Shown piece by piece: positions 10,865-24,910 of a DNA stretch of 64,000 bases (positions are counted from its first letter, which is position 1; the number at the start of each line of letters is the position of its first letter). The DNA is from Octopus sinensis (taxonomy: Eukaryota). The stretch covers positions 62,001 through 126,000 of the forward strand of contig NC_043011.1 in NCBI RefSeq assembly GCF_006345805.1, given 5' to 3'. Both the position numbers and the translations under genes were made by a program. The notes below the pieces were generated by a model. That model did no database searches, was not told where the DNA came from, and worked only from the letters and a program-made list of their open reading frames with translations.

Positions 10865-10924
<60 letters not shown>

Positions 10925-11877
10925 ATGTATGTATGTGTGTATGTATGTATGTATGCATGTATGTATGTATGCATGTGTTTGTATATATATATGCATATGC
11001 ATGCATATGTTTGTGTATGTATATATATACATACATACATTCATACATACATATATATATACGCGCACCACACATTATACAGAAATATACACATATATTT
11101 AGGCGATAAATTGGTAAAGTTGTTCGATTCTTTTATAGAATTCTTTGCGATATATTACGCATGGATCTCTGTTTTTCGGGTTCAAATCGCACCTACTTCG
11201 ACAATGCCTGCCGTCCCTTAAAGTTCGATGAATAAAGTACCTCTCCTATAATGTAGAGTAAATTATCCTTTTGCTTTTTTAGGAAGAAATCGATTGTGGT
11301 TAATGCAATAGATTCATGGATTTCGCCATGTCCAGAAGTGTTGAAGAGACGGCATTTAATGATAGCACGTCTATACCAGAGGGATCATGGGTCCCTGGTA
11401 AAGTATATATACATCTAAACACGTACAATATGTACATTCATTTGATATGTACATCATATATATATATTATACTCATTAATTACAGGACATCACCAGCGAG
11501 TGAAAAATACGTAAACACACGAGAGACAAGTAACGGACAAAATGCCAAAAGAAGTCTAACCCCTCTTCAGTTGTCGACTGTGATATTACTCCCTGTTTCG
11601 TACTTTCAGATGAACGAGAGAAACGGAAAATGGAGTTCGCAAGAATCTTTATTCATCACAACGATGTTTTGACCCGTCCTGCATCGGTCTCTTGCGGGTC
11701 GGATACTGTACAACTGGTTGTTTGCATTCTCCGATGTAGAATGCATCGCATTGGGTGTCTTGTTTTAAATATAATACTTCGCTAAACATAATCTGTTAGT
11801 CTTGGTATGTTGTTGTTGCCACTAGGTTGTTGGCTATAATGATAGGGGATGGACACACTCACACACACACACACACA

Positions 11878-12010
11878 TCATGTGGTGATCTCGACTGACC
11901 TGGTTATCAGATGTTGTCACGCATTACTGGTCATAATGCGCTTTGGCATTGTATTATCCTTCGAATAACGCGACCTCATTGGCTAGGTGAGCAGGCCAAC
12001 ACAGCACTCC
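11878..12010 (-). mobile_element. SINE family C 3' remnant
   Basis: Reverse-complement similarity to 8770-8875. Confidence 0.6.
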
Positions 12011-12039
12011 TCCTTGATCGAAATGAAGTTTTGCTCCTC

Positions 12040-12273
12040 TCCTCCTCCTCCTTCTGCTCCTCGTCGTCGTCGTCATCATCTCACCGTCGTCACCGTCATG
12101 TTCATCGTCCCCATCACCAACACCATCATTATCACCATCAACTCCTGGTCATCGTCATCGTCATCATTACCATCATTATCACCACCATCACCACCACCAT
12201 CACCACCACCGCTAGCAACCCCACCGCCGCCACCACCGCTACCACCGCCACCACTATCATCATCATCATCATC

Positions 12274-12325
<52 letters not shown>

Positions 12326-12346
12326 ACTTCATCATCATCATCATCG

Positions 12347-12399
<53 letters not shown>

Positions 12400-13227
12400 G
12401 TCGTCGTCGTCGTCATCACCATCATCATCATCAACACATTTATATAATCGTCATCTCTCATCGTCGTCCATCTCTCTTTCACAATCACATTGTCATTTCC
12501 ATTGTTATCGTCAATGCCGTCATCGTTATGCTTATTCTTTTCCCCCCTTTCATTTCTCTTCTTCATCATCATAATCATCTTCCACAGCACTAGCAGCAGC
12601 AACAACAAAACAAAAACAACAACTGCAACTGCAACAATAATACCAAGAGTACACCAAAAAATCAGCGATCACTGTTCAATTCAAAAATGGAATTCAAAGC
12701 GAAATACGTTTTAAGTAATAACAATGAACATAAAAACAACAACAGCAGCAGCAACAACATCAACAGCAACCAGAGTCACAACAAACAACAACAACAACAA
12801 ACAGAGTAACAACAGCAACAACAACGAGGATGACGACAATAACAACAGCAAAAATTGTTATAGCAGTTACAATAACCATAACGATAATATCAACGGCATT
12901 AACAGCGACATAACTAAAAGTAGCAACAACAACAATAGAAACGGCTGTAAGGACAACAATGTCAGCTATCACAAGAATTACAGCGATATTAAAAATAACA
13001 ATTAAAACGGCAGTAGTCACAATAATAACCGAAAATATAAGGAAGATAATGGAAAAGAAAACAATATAAATGACAGCAGTATTAAGAAAATAGTGACAAT
13101 GATAGTATTTACAAGAATAGCACTAACAAGAACAACAGCTATAACATCGAGCAAGCAAGAATGAAAGCGATAATAATGACAGAAACTATAACGATATAAA
13201 GAAGAAGTAGAATGATGATGATGATGA

Positions 13228-13259
<32 letters not shown>

Positions 13260-13397
13260 ACAATAATAATAAAAATAACAGCAATTATAATAATAATAAT
13301 GATAATAATAATGATAAGAATAATAATAATAATAACAACAATAATAATAATGGTAATAATAATTATAACAATAATAATAATAATGATATTGATGATG

Positions 13398-13447
<50 letters not shown>

Positions 13448-13516
13448 CATAATAATAATAATAATAATAATAAAATAATAATAATAGCAATAATGACGAT
13501 AATAATAATAATAATA

Positions 13517-13572
<56 letters not shown>

Positions 13573-14151
13573 GATGATGATGATGATAATAATGATTATA
13601 ATATAAATGATAATAATGATAATAACAATATTAATAATAACAATAATAATAATAACAACAACAACAACGGCAATGACAAAATAATAGAAACGATAGTAAG
13701 AAAAGTAACAACTGAAAAATACAGCAATAATAACAACAACAGGGGCATTAATACTAACAACAATAACAATAATAAGAACATCAAAAATCAGCGACTAAAC
13801 GAGATAAAAAAAAGTTACGCTCATGTACAACAACAACCAGAACAGTAACAACGATTATGTTAACGCAAATTGTCACATCTACCACGACGACGACGACGAC
13901 CACCACCACCACCACCACCACTGGCATCACCATTACCCCCGCCTGCATAAAGATACACACACACTCGCGCGTACATATGAATGCAAAGACTCACACATGT
14001 ATACACATACAGACGTACGCCCCAGCGACCTCTAGCGCCCATCACTAATCTCGTAAAATATAATCTCAGTGCCATGTGACATGTTCAAGGCGACGGATTA
14101 ACGCGTACTCCTCAATCGATAATGTCACCAAAGTAGGTTGAGAGTTAAAGA

Positions 14152-14211
<60 letters not shown>

Positions 14212-14312
14212 GCTACTTCCTGCTTTACTGCTGCTGCAGTTGTTGGTGCGTTACAAATAGTTGCGTTAGTAGCAATAGAATAATAATAATGATAATAATG
14301 ATAATAATAATG

Positions 14313-14359
<47 letters not shown>

Positions 14360-14417
14360 CATGATAAGAATAATAATAATAATGATAATAATGATAATAA
14401 TAATGATAATAATAATG

Positions 14418-14449
<32 letters not shown>

Positions 14450-14545
14450 CATGATAAGAATAATAATAATATGATAATAATGATAATAAAATGATAATAA
14501 TAATAATAATATAATAATAATAATAATATAATAATAATCATGATG

Positions 14546-14601
<56 letters not shown>

Positions 14602-14603
14602 CA

Positions 14604-14676
<73 letters not shown>

Positions 14677-14680
14677 TTTG
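12040..14680. repeat. Large compound trinucleotide microsatellite region ((CAT)n, (AAC)n, (AAT)n, (ACT)n) with short unique spacers
   Basis: Direct reading. Confidence 0.9.
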
Positions 14681-15152
14681 TCTTGGTATAAAAGATGGCT
14701 ACAGCAAATATTCTGCTCAATACCACAGATTTGCTTGTCAGTTGTTTGACCATAACCAGTTGAGCATGTCCCTTAGGGCTGACGATATGTACATTTCTGA
14801 TCACGAGCAGAAGTAGTCGGGGAGCATCATAGCCATGTGTTGAGAGGGATTCTTTGGGGCTTGACTAATTCACCTCTGGAAACATGGGTGGTTCTTTCAA
14901 CATCCTTAAGCAACCCTTATTCAGGGACCGTTTGAGCGTAATGGGCTACTCAACCTGAAGAAAATTCTAACTAGGCCCCACCTGCAAGGTCATGTGCTGT
15001 TTATCTTGATATGAGATCACCATGTCGCGCACATATGGTTGTGATGCATGTGCCTGGTGTACCTTTATCAGACGGGTAGTCATGATGGGTATGCTGGGCT
15101 TCGTATATTTTACCCCAGTGTCACTTTGATGGCATGTACTACTCTCTCACTC

Positions 15153-15183
<31 letters not shown>

Positions 15184-15399
15184 TAATAATAATAATAATA
15201 ATAGAAGAAAATACTAACTGGGCCCCACCTGCAAGGTCATGTGCTGTTTATCTTGATATGAGATCACCATGTCGCGCACATATGGTTGTGATGCATGTGC
15301 CTGGTGTACCTTTATCAGACGGGTAGTCATGATGGGTATATTGGGCTTCGTATATTTTACCCCAGTGTCACTTTGATGGCATGCACTGCTCTCTCACTC
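14676..15399 (+). mobile_element. (TAA)n-tailed non-coding retroposon with tandem duplication of its 3' ~195 bp
   Basis: 14676-15152 matches 41300-41788; 15204-15399 repeats its 3' end; both end in ctctcactc followed by (AAT)n. Confidence 0.8.
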
Positions 15400-15420
15400 A
15401 ATAATAATAATAATAATAAT

Positions 15421-15637
15421 AGCTATTTCTACTCTTGGCACGGGGCCTTGAACATTTTTGGGGAAGGGTGTTAGTCGATTACATCGACCCCAGTGCTTAA
15501 CTGGTACTTATTTTATCGAGCCCAAGAGGATGAAAGTCGAACTCGGCGGAATTTGAACTCAGAACGTAGCGCTAGACGAAATACCGCTAAAGCATTTCAC
15601 CCTGTGTGCTAACGATTCTGCCAGCTCACCTCCTTAG
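15421..15637 (-). mobile_element. SINE (family A)
   Basis: Reverse complement of the family-A consensus. Confidence 0.85.
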
Positions 15638-15639
15638 TA

Positions 15640-15693
<54 letters not shown>

Positions 15694-15701
15694 TAATAAT
15701 A

Positions 15702-16563
15702 AACACGCACCAATGGTTACGAAGCTCAGGGCTAAAAGCAGAGAGTGAAGATTTCCTATTAGCTGCTCAAGACCAAAGCTTATTAACCCGGAACTACCAA
15801 GCCAATGTGATAAAAAATGGAGCTGACCCTAAATGCCGATTCTGTAACGATGAGATTGAAACAATAGACCACCTAATCTCAGGGTGTAGAGTCTTAGCAC
15901 CTGCAGAATATAAAGCAAGACATGACAGAGTCGGCCAGTATTTACATTGGACAATATGTCGGCATTATAAAATCAAAACCGCTGACAAATGGTATAAACA
16001 CCACCCTGAAGCTGTGACTGAGGGAGAAAATGTGTCGATTCTATGGGACTTCCCCGTACAGACCGACAAGACTATAAAAGCTAATAAACCGGATATTATT
16101 ATAAAAGATCAGACAAAAAAGATGCGTTTATTGATTGACATGAGTATTCCTTGCGATCACAATATAGCGGCGAAAGAATTTGGCAAGATCAGTAAATATA
16201 AAGACTTGCTAATAGAAATTGAAAAATTGTGGCATCTCAAGGCGACTACAGTACCAGTGATTGTAGGATCTCTAGGAATGATAAAAAAAGGTACTGAAAC
16301 CTATTTGAAAATGATACCAGGCTTACCATGCCATACAGGAAGTGCAAAAAATTGTGTTAACTGGAACGACTCATGCACTAAGAAGAGCATTATCGCTGTG
16401 AAAACAACATCCATCCATGAATTTATTTATCTATTTATGTATTTTTTTAAATATATATTTTACCTGTGAATTTACGTGTGTAATCTGGGAATGCATACAA
16501 TGAGCTTCTGTACCGAAAACACTCGGCGAGAAATGGAAAAATATTTGAAGAAGGAAAAAAATA
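15702..16563 (+). mobile_element. 5'-truncated R4/Dong-clade LINE (CCHC zinc finger + restriction-like endonuclease)
   Basis: ORF 15606-16469 contains AESEDFLLAAQDQ, CRFC..ETIDHLISGC and KPDIIIKD..LIDMSIP.D..K..KYKDL; preceded by (AAT)n. Confidence 0.92.
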
Positions 16564-16564
16564 A

Positions 16565-17430
16565 TGTACGCCACTAGCCCCGAAGAAATATAAGAGACGC
16601 CACGACAATATAGCCAGGCTTGTCCATTGGACATTTTGCAACAAGTATGGACTTGACAGAGCAAAAAATTGGTACGACCACAAACCTGAAGGCATTGTCG
16701 AAAATAGAAATGCAAAGATCCTATGGGATTTTATGACTCAGTGCGACCATGAGATAGATAATAGGAAACCAGACATAGTCTCAATTGAGAAAGAAAGCAA
16801 TCATCATCATCATTGTTCGACCGTGGTCGAGACTTTCATAGTCTTTTCAAATGGCTAATAATGTGTGCGCGCGCCACTACTACACACATTGGAAAGCATT
16901 GTACAACCAAGTACTAAAGAAGATCTTTCCTCCTCCATGAAACAAAGCTGTTCCCGCTGGACGTCAACCCAGTATTTCTAAGCTACGGACCCAGTGATTT
17001 ATTGTAAGGTTATCTCCCTAGATAGATTGCCTTCACTACGGCTAAGGAGCCCTTTCTACCCCATAAGAAAGCAAACTATGCTGGATCATAGATATAGCAT
17101 GCCCAACTGAAAAACAAGGTATGCGATAAGGAAGAAAGAAAAGTCGATAGGTATGACAGGTTAGCTTGGGAGGTGAAGCAGTTGTGGTCGATGAAAAAGG
17201 TGGTAGTAGTACCAATAATTGTAGGAGCCATGGGAACAGTGAGCAAAAATCTTGAGAAGTACATGGAACAAATAGGGGCTGCAATAAGGGTGGAGCATTT
17301 ACAGAAAATAGCACTGCTTTGAACTGCTCGAATACTCCGGAAGGTGCTCGTAAAATAAGGGGTGTTACCTTAGATCACTGGTAGTGAACAGCTGACATCA
17401 GAGTACATCTCCAGCGTAAGAAGCTGTAAG
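16565..17430 (+). mobile_element. Second R4/Dong 3' fragment, interrupted by an insertion at 16801-17064
   Basis: RHDNIARLVHW..KILWDF..RKPDIV before the insert; WIIDIACP..VPIIVGAMGTV after it. Confidence 0.85.
16801..17064 (-). mobile_element. 5'-truncated non-LTR retroposon with (GAT)n tail and 10-bp TSD
   Basis: Identical AAGAAAGCAA at 16791-16800 and 17065-17074; (TCA)4 at the left end is a (GAT)n tail on the minus strand. Confidence 0.8.
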
Positions 17431-17439
17431 CAATAATAA

Positions 17440-19150
17440 CGCTTGAACACCCCTTCTAGGAGACGGAAACTCCTAAAATTAAACCAGGATTATAAGAATC
17501 GTATATCTTAGGATGGAGGTCCTGTCAGTGATAGAAATGCGAACGGCGTGAAGGAGGCTGGAGCACCTTGTGAAGGCCTGTCGCCCGGCGGGTACCCCCA
17601 TGGCTGAGCAGCGTGGGCCCAGTCGTTATCAAGCGACTGCTAAAAGAAGGTGGACGAAAGAAATGAATGTGGTTGTAATGGAGTGCTGCTTTCTGGGTAA
17701 TCCGAGAAATGATAATGAAGTACCCGTTAGGGGATATAGGAAAATAATGCACAGGGCATGCACAGGACATGGAGCGACAGAGTCATATTTGAAGTAAGTG
17801 AAGAAAATCTGTGTGACCAAGCTGGAGCCATCAGAAAGAATGAATGTTTATCTCCAGAAAGCAATAAGGGACGGGTGCTAAGGGATAGTAAGACCAGCGG
17901 TGAAAGGAATGATGGGAGAGTGAATGCAGATAGTGAAACTATGGCAGTGGAGTTCAAGGAAGAAAACGAACACGAGGCTGAGAGTATTGATCAGGAAAGC
18001 GATGAGAGAACCGAGGTACAAATATCCATTTTAAATGAAATCATTGATATTTGGACCTCTGGTGAATAAAGCTTTCATACGGGGTTTAAAAAAGTAGACA
18101 GACAGAAACTCAACGAATGGGTCAGGAAGATAAATGACATCATTGGTGATATCGTGACTGACAATATCAAAGACACCAACAATCTGATGAAATCTCCATC
18201 TCTTTAGCCCGGAAGTTAGGTTTGAAAGCTAAAGGTAAATGTGAACATGATCTGGAGGAACTATGGTGGAAAAGGAGAATAACGTCGTCTATTAACGAGA
18301 TTAGAAAACATTAATATTCTGGAACGGAAAAAGAGAAATGAAGTTCAGCGAGAGAAATATGTTGAACTAGAGAGCAAGAACAGGCTGAGGAGAAAGGGAA
18401 CCAATGTTGTATTATACCAGAAGAACCCAAGTAAAGGGAATGTGGTTGGAAATTTCTGACCAATATCTTGTCTGCCACTGATGAGGAAACTGATGACGGG
18501 CATCATATCAAACAGCATCTATAAGTACCTAGATGATAACGATCTACTACCAGCGGAAAAAAAGGGTGAAGACCTAAGAGCAGAGGAACGAAGGATCAAT
18601 TACTAATCAATAAGACTATCTTAGCTGATTTGCAAGAAGAGACACAACAATCTGGCGATGGCATGGCTGGACTGCAGGAAAGCAGATGACATGGTCCCAC
18701 ACTCGTGGATTTTTTTTTCCTACTACTAGGCACAAGGCCCGAAATTTTTGAGGAGGGGCGCCACTCGATTAGATCGGCCCCAGTACGCAACTGGTACTTA
18801 ATTTATCGACCCCGAAAGGATGAAAGGCAAAGTCGACCTCAGCGGAATTTGAACTCAGAACGTAAAGACAGACGAAATAATGCAAAGCATTTCGCCCGGT
18901 GCGCTAACGTTTCTTCCAGCTCGCCGCCTTACACCCGGGGATTACTGAATGACTTCAACTGCTCAAGGTCTCACACAATATCCTGACGTTAATACGAAAC
19001 TCAATGCCTACGTGGCGAACTGAACTCACAGCGCGGGGAGATAAGCTGGGAGAGGTAAGTATCAAAAAAAGGAATCTTTCAAGGGGACAGTCTATCGGCT
19101 TTTCTATTTGTTGTCTGCATACTGCCACTGACAAACTTTTTAAGAACGTA
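17440..19150 (+). mobile_element. 5' portion of an R4/Dong LINE with deletions (N-terminal Myb-like motif to RT), interrupted by a SINE
   Basis: ATAKRRWTKEMNVVVMEC, LCDQAGAIRKN, AMAWLD.RKA.DMVPHSW, and GIFQGDSLS after the SINE. Confidence 0.8.
18712..18930 (-). mobile_element. SINE (family A) nested in R4 RT
   Basis: Reverse complement of the family-A consensus, splitting the RT between VPHSW and GIFQGD. Confidence 0.88.
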
Positions 19151-19397
19151 TAAAGTTTCGGAGAAGTTCTTTATCAAAAAGAAGGAAATAAAGAAAAAGA
19201 AATCCTGAAATACACTAAATAGAAATAGGATATGACAATGTTAAGTAACCCCAGAAAGTACTTTTATATAAAGTTGGTCCTTAAACACAGAATCCAGGAA
19301 AGTGAGTTTACTCTTCCGTCTCAACGAATGAGAATCTATGCTTTGTGGCTCTCTCAATGCATGGAAGCGAAGTTCTACGGCTTTGACAGCATTGGTA

Positions 19398-20684
19398 CGA
19401 GGGACGTTCAATAAGTAATGCCCCTGACACACTTGCATTTGTTTGATCTAGCTGAAATTTTGCATGTGCAGTCATTTATATCTCTATAGAGTAAGTGGCA
19501 AATTACAGCTCTGAACTAATTGTGGTTTCTGATTTACAGGTGTTTGAACGAGTCAAGTGTGAAATGGAGCCTGTTGAGTGTCGAGCAGTGATCCGGTTTT
19601 TGTATTTGAAAGGACGCACACCACGGGAGACTTTTGATGAAATGAAAGTAACTTATGGTGATGATGCCCCATCATATGACCTTGTAAAACGCTGGCATCG
19701 TGAATTCAAACATGGTCGGAACTCTGTGGAAACAGCTCCCAGATCTGGTCGCCCCCTTCTGCCATTGATGAGGCATCTGTCCGTCAAGTTGAGGCTGCCA
19801 TTTTGGAAGATCGACGCATAACTATTCGCCAAATAGCCCATGAGGTCAAGATTAGTACCGGGTCTGTGGAAACTATCATTCATGACCATTTGCATATGCA
19901 AAAGGTGTCTGCCAGATGGATTCCCAGGTTGCTCACGCCTTCCAGAAGCAAGAACGCGTCGAGTGCTCGAGGGTGAATTTAGAGATGTGCCAAGAAGATG
20001 AGTCAAAATTTTTCAAAAGACTGATTAACACAGATGAAACCTGGGTCCATCACGATGATCCAGAGTCCAAAGCCCAGTCAATGCAGTGGAAGCACCGGGA
20101 CTCACCCCCTCCAAAGAAGGCAAGGGTGCAGCCTCCGCTGGCAAGGTCATGCTCACAGTCTTCTGGGACCAGGACGGAGTAGTGATGACAGATTTCCTGG
20201 CAAAGGGTACCACAATTGCAGGAGCCTATTATGCTTCACTTTTGAGGAAATTAAGAGAAGTTATCAAAATCAAGAGGCAAGGCAAGATCAGCAAAGGCAT
20301 CCTCCTCCTGCAGGACAACGCTCCGGTCCACAACTCGCTTGTCGCCAGATCAGAAGCACAGGCGTATGGCTATGAACTCCTCCCCCATCCCCCTACTTTC
20401 CTGACCTTGCACCCTCTGATTTTCACCTCTTCCCAGTCATGAAGTTGTTTTTGAAAGGAAAGCGTTTCCAAGATGATGCAGCCTTGATTTCTGAAGTCGC
20501 GTTCAGGTTGGAGGACCAAGCTGGGGTCTTCTACAAAAACGGTCTCCAGAGCTGCATCAAACAATGGGAGAATGCGTAACTCTGGGTGGTTCCTATGTAG
20601 AAAAAGACTAATAACTGTGCCAAGTTTCGTTGCTCTACTGTTATGGAAAGTGAGTCAGGGGCATTACTTATTGAACGCCCCTCG
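19398..20684 (+). mobile_element. Full-length mariner transposon (1287 bp) with frameshifted DD34D-type transposase (19564-20611)
   Basis: 31-bp TIRs CGAGGGACGTTCAATAAGTAATGCCCCTGAC with 1 mismatch and TA TSDs. Motifs include PRSGRP, WIPRLL, TDETW, QDNAP and HPP..DLAPSDFHLF; the ORF is split by several frameshifts. Confidence 0.96.
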
Positions 20685-20744
20685 TATATTACTGCAGTGA
20701 AACATGTTATCTAAGTTTCGTTTTTGGATTTGGTTTGCAAGATT

Positions 20745-20920
20745 CTTTATGTGAGTTCGTGTGTTGAAGCATATTTTGTTGTGTCTGGAGTGAGTCATTC
20801 TCTTTTCGTGCCTTATAATTAAACACACTCAAAAATAAAAAAAATAGTGGAAATTTTAACGGTGAGTGTATTAAATTATAAGGCACAAAAAGAAAATTAC
20901 TCTCCCCAGACACAACAGAA
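20745..20920. repeat. Interspersed repeat with imperfect ~55-bp inverted arms
   Basis: 20777-20831 versus 20863-20917, with a perfect 13-bp core gtgccttataatt/aattataaggcac; related to 6985-7060. Confidence 0.6.
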
Positions 20921-21635
20921 TATTATCTATGGATATATACTAACAGCTTGATGTACTAAATATGAACGAGATACTTGGAGATACATTTTTTCATCATCGA
21001 GAGACAAAAAAAAAGAAAAAACAAAGTGCCAAGAAGAATATATATCCAAGAAAGAGATTTAAAATTCTGGAATTTGGTAAGAATGGGTTAATGAAATTTA
21101 AACTCCAAGGACAAGAAGATGGTTTACTTAAAAGGGGCCGGTAATAAAATCGGTGGTTCTGGAAATTTTCTAAGGTTGATTGTGTATATAGATAATCAAC
21201 CTTTAGACACAAGTTTGTTTTATACGGCGGCCCAATAGTTAACCCATGCACCAAAATTCCCCTCACTACAGCATCGAAGTTAGCCAAGATAAAGACAGAG
21301 ATCAAACTAGATTAGCACTCGAGTTGTCAAATTTTAAACAACTGGAATACGTAACGCTAGTCCAAAGTTGGACAGACCCTTTAATTTTATCGACCATCGG
21401 AAAAAAAAAACAGAGGCAAAATCAATGAAGGTGAAATTTGAACTTCGAATGTAAAAACGTGGCCATCCAACGGAAGTCAGTTTCGTCACCGTACTTTAAT
21501 GTTTCCGTCAATAATTCGGCATCGGAAACAAATTACAAGGAATGAAACTAATTTCCCTGCAAGTTTACTTAATCGATAAGGAATTAAACTAATTCCGATC
21601 AGGAGATTTCTTCTACCCGCAAAAAGATTTATCTG

Positions 21636-21950
21636 CATACATACATACATACATACATACATACATACATACATACATACATACATACATAGGCATACAT
21701 ATACATACATACATACATACATACATACATAGGCATACATACATACATACATACATACATACATACATACATACATACATACATAGGCATACATACATAC
21801 ATACATACATACATACATACATACATACATAGGCATACATACATACATACATACATACATACATACATACATACATAGGCATACATACATACATACATAC
21901 ATACATACATACATACATAGGCATACATACATACATACATACATACATAT
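21636..21950. repeat. (ATAC)n with periodic ATAGGC variant (higher-order microsatellite)
   Basis: Six ATAGGC interruptions spaced about 40-55 bp apart. Confidence 0.9.
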
Positions 21951-22002
21951 GTGTACATGCATACAGATGCGTACATGTATACATATATACATACATACAG
22001 AG

Positions 22003-22045
<43 letters not shown>

Positions 22046-22475
22046 CGTACATATATACATACATACAGATATATATATATATATATATACTATATATATT
22101 ATATATATATACATACGTACCCATTTACATAGTGCTTATATACATAGATTCTCACATATATACAGAATACAAACACACACACACACACAAACACATGTAT
22201 ACATATGCAAACAGATATATTTATATATATATATATATATATATAAATTTAGATATGCATATGTATATGTACAAATCTATCTATATATATGCATACATAT
22301 ATATAATATATATAGTGTGCATAATAGCATGTATGTATGTATGTATGTATGTATGTATGTATGTATGTATGTATGTATGTATGTATATGTATATTATACA
22401 TATATATACATATATATAAAATATATACAGTGAGCATAATAGTATGTATATATCTATCTATCTATATATATATAT

Positions 22476-22509
<34 letters not shown>

Positions 22510-23274
22510 TTACGTTTATGACAGATTGTTCTGTTTTGCTCGTCAATCCGACGACTTGTTTGTTGGTTTATCAATGAAGCGCCATTTCTTGTACGTCACC
22601 AAATTCTATCTCAAAGTGATAAGAAATATAAAAACAAAAGCTAAAACAAAAGCAACAACCGAAACGAAAAACGAAAAACAAAAGCAACAACACCAACAAC
22701 AAAGGATAAATCACTTCCGAAATACAATCGATTTGTTATTCATCGTTGAACGTTTGATTAAATACGATTTGTGTGTTTTTTGTTCACTTTTACAGAGAGA
22801 GAGAGAGAAGGGGGGGAGAGCTTGTTCATGTGTGTGTGTGTGTGTATGGAGTATTTTGTGTATGTGTAATGTGGTGACGTGTGTGTTTATGCGTTTGATG
22901 TGATGTTTTTTTTGTGTTGTTTATGTCAGTGATTACGCGGTGCCAAGGTGAACTTTGCGTTTGAGTCTCTGTATGTGTGTGTCTCTGTATGTGTGTGTGT
23001 GTGTGTGTCTGTTTGTGTGTGAATGTGTTTTTGTATGTGTGTTTGTATGTTTGTGTGTGTGTATGTGCGCGATCTTGTGTATGCATGAGTGTGTTTGTGA
23101 GTGTGTTTGTGAGTGTGTGTGTGTGTGCGTTTGTGTATCTGTGAGAAGCGGTTGTTGGCTGTTGGTTTGTTTCTGTCGTATTTTGACGTTTCGGTCGTGT
23201 ATTTGCGGATTGCTTGATGGTTTAGTTGATGGTTTAGCTTAGACATTATTTTCATATTTATATGGTTGTTTTGC

Positions 23275-24000
23275 TCCATCATAATCGCAATCATTATCGT
23301 CATCATCGCCGTCGTCGATGTCATCACCATCGTGGTGTGCCTCATCATCATCATCATCATCACTACGGTTGCCATCATTTTCATCATCAGCAGCATCTTC
23401 ATCATCATCATCATCATCACCACCACCCCACCATCATCATCATCATCATCTTCATCAAAATCCTCATCATCATTTTCATCCTCATCATCATCATCTTCAT
23501 CATCATCATCACCACCATCGTCATCATCATCATCTTCGTCATTATTATCGTCATCATCATCATCATCAACATTATCATCATCATCATCATCATCATCACC
23601 ACCACCATCATCATCATCATTATCACTATCAACATTATCATCATCATTATCATCATCATCATCATCATCGTTGTCGTCGTGGTCATCATCATCACCACCA
23701 TCATCATCCTCCTCATCAACATCATCATCAAGTCTTCGTCGTGGTCGTCGTCGTAGTCATCATCATCGTCATAGTTGTGGTAGTCGTCATCATCATCATC
23801 ATCTATATCACCACAACCACCACCACCGCTATCATCTGTGTTACCATCATCATCATCTCCTCATCATACCCATCGTCATCTTTGTCCTCATATTTATCGT
23901 CAAAATCATCGTTGTTGTCACCGCTGTCATCCTCATAGTCACCATCATCATCATCACAGTCGTCATCATCATCATCGTCATCATTATCCCCCGCTCCCCC
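23275..24000. repeat. (CAT)n-rich compound microsatellite
   Basis: Direct reading. Confidence 0.95.
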
Positions 24001-24332
24001 CACTAACCATCAACATCACTTCCTGTTGCCGCTCCACCCTCGACTGCTCAACACACTTCGATTACAAATGATTTAGATATTGTTTACGGCAAAAAAAACC
24101 TTCATAAATCGTAGATATTTTCGCGGATTTAAATAAACACGGATTTAAGGCGAAGGAAATTAAAAGGAAAAAAGGCACCGAAAAGTATAAAATAAAGAAA
24201 TAGAACAATACGTAAATACAAAACAAAAACAAACAAATATAAACCTATAAACCTCGACAGAGAGAAGAAGAGAGGAATGACATGTATGTCTGTATATGTA
24301 TATATATATATGTATATATAATATATATATAA

Positions 24333-24450
<118 letters not shown>

Positions 24451-24544
24451 CATACTATCTACCTATGTATCTATGTATCTATGTACGTATGTATGTATCT
24501 ATATATATATAAGAGAGAGAGAGGGGGGAGAGAGATAAATATGT

Positions 24545-24695
24545 AGATTGTTAGATAGACAGAGAGATAGATAAATTGATAGTTAGATAGGTACATATAT
24601 ACATATACGGATAGATGGATAGGTAGATGCATAAATCGATAAATGTATAGATGAATGGATAAATAGATGGATAGATAGATGGATAGATAGATAGG

Positions 24696-24758
<63 letters not shown>

Positions 24759-24842
24759 GTAGGTAGGTAGATAGATAGATAGATAGATATATAGATAGAT
24801 AGACAGATAGATAGAGAGACAGATAGATAGATAGATAGATAT

Positions 24843-24887
<45 letters not shown>

Positions 24888-24910
24888 CAGATAAAAGATT
24901 GATAGATAAA
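24545..24910. repeat. (AGAT)n tetranucleotide array
   Basis: Direct reading. Confidence 0.95.

Noticed and set aside
13499-13536. (AAT)n/(ATT)n strand-switch palindrome
   Set aside because: A trivial consequence of adjacent opposite-orientation microsatellites.
18476-18500. Two CTGATGA heptamers
   Set aside because: They lie in R4 RT coding sequence (CLPLMRKLMTG) with no hammerhead stems.
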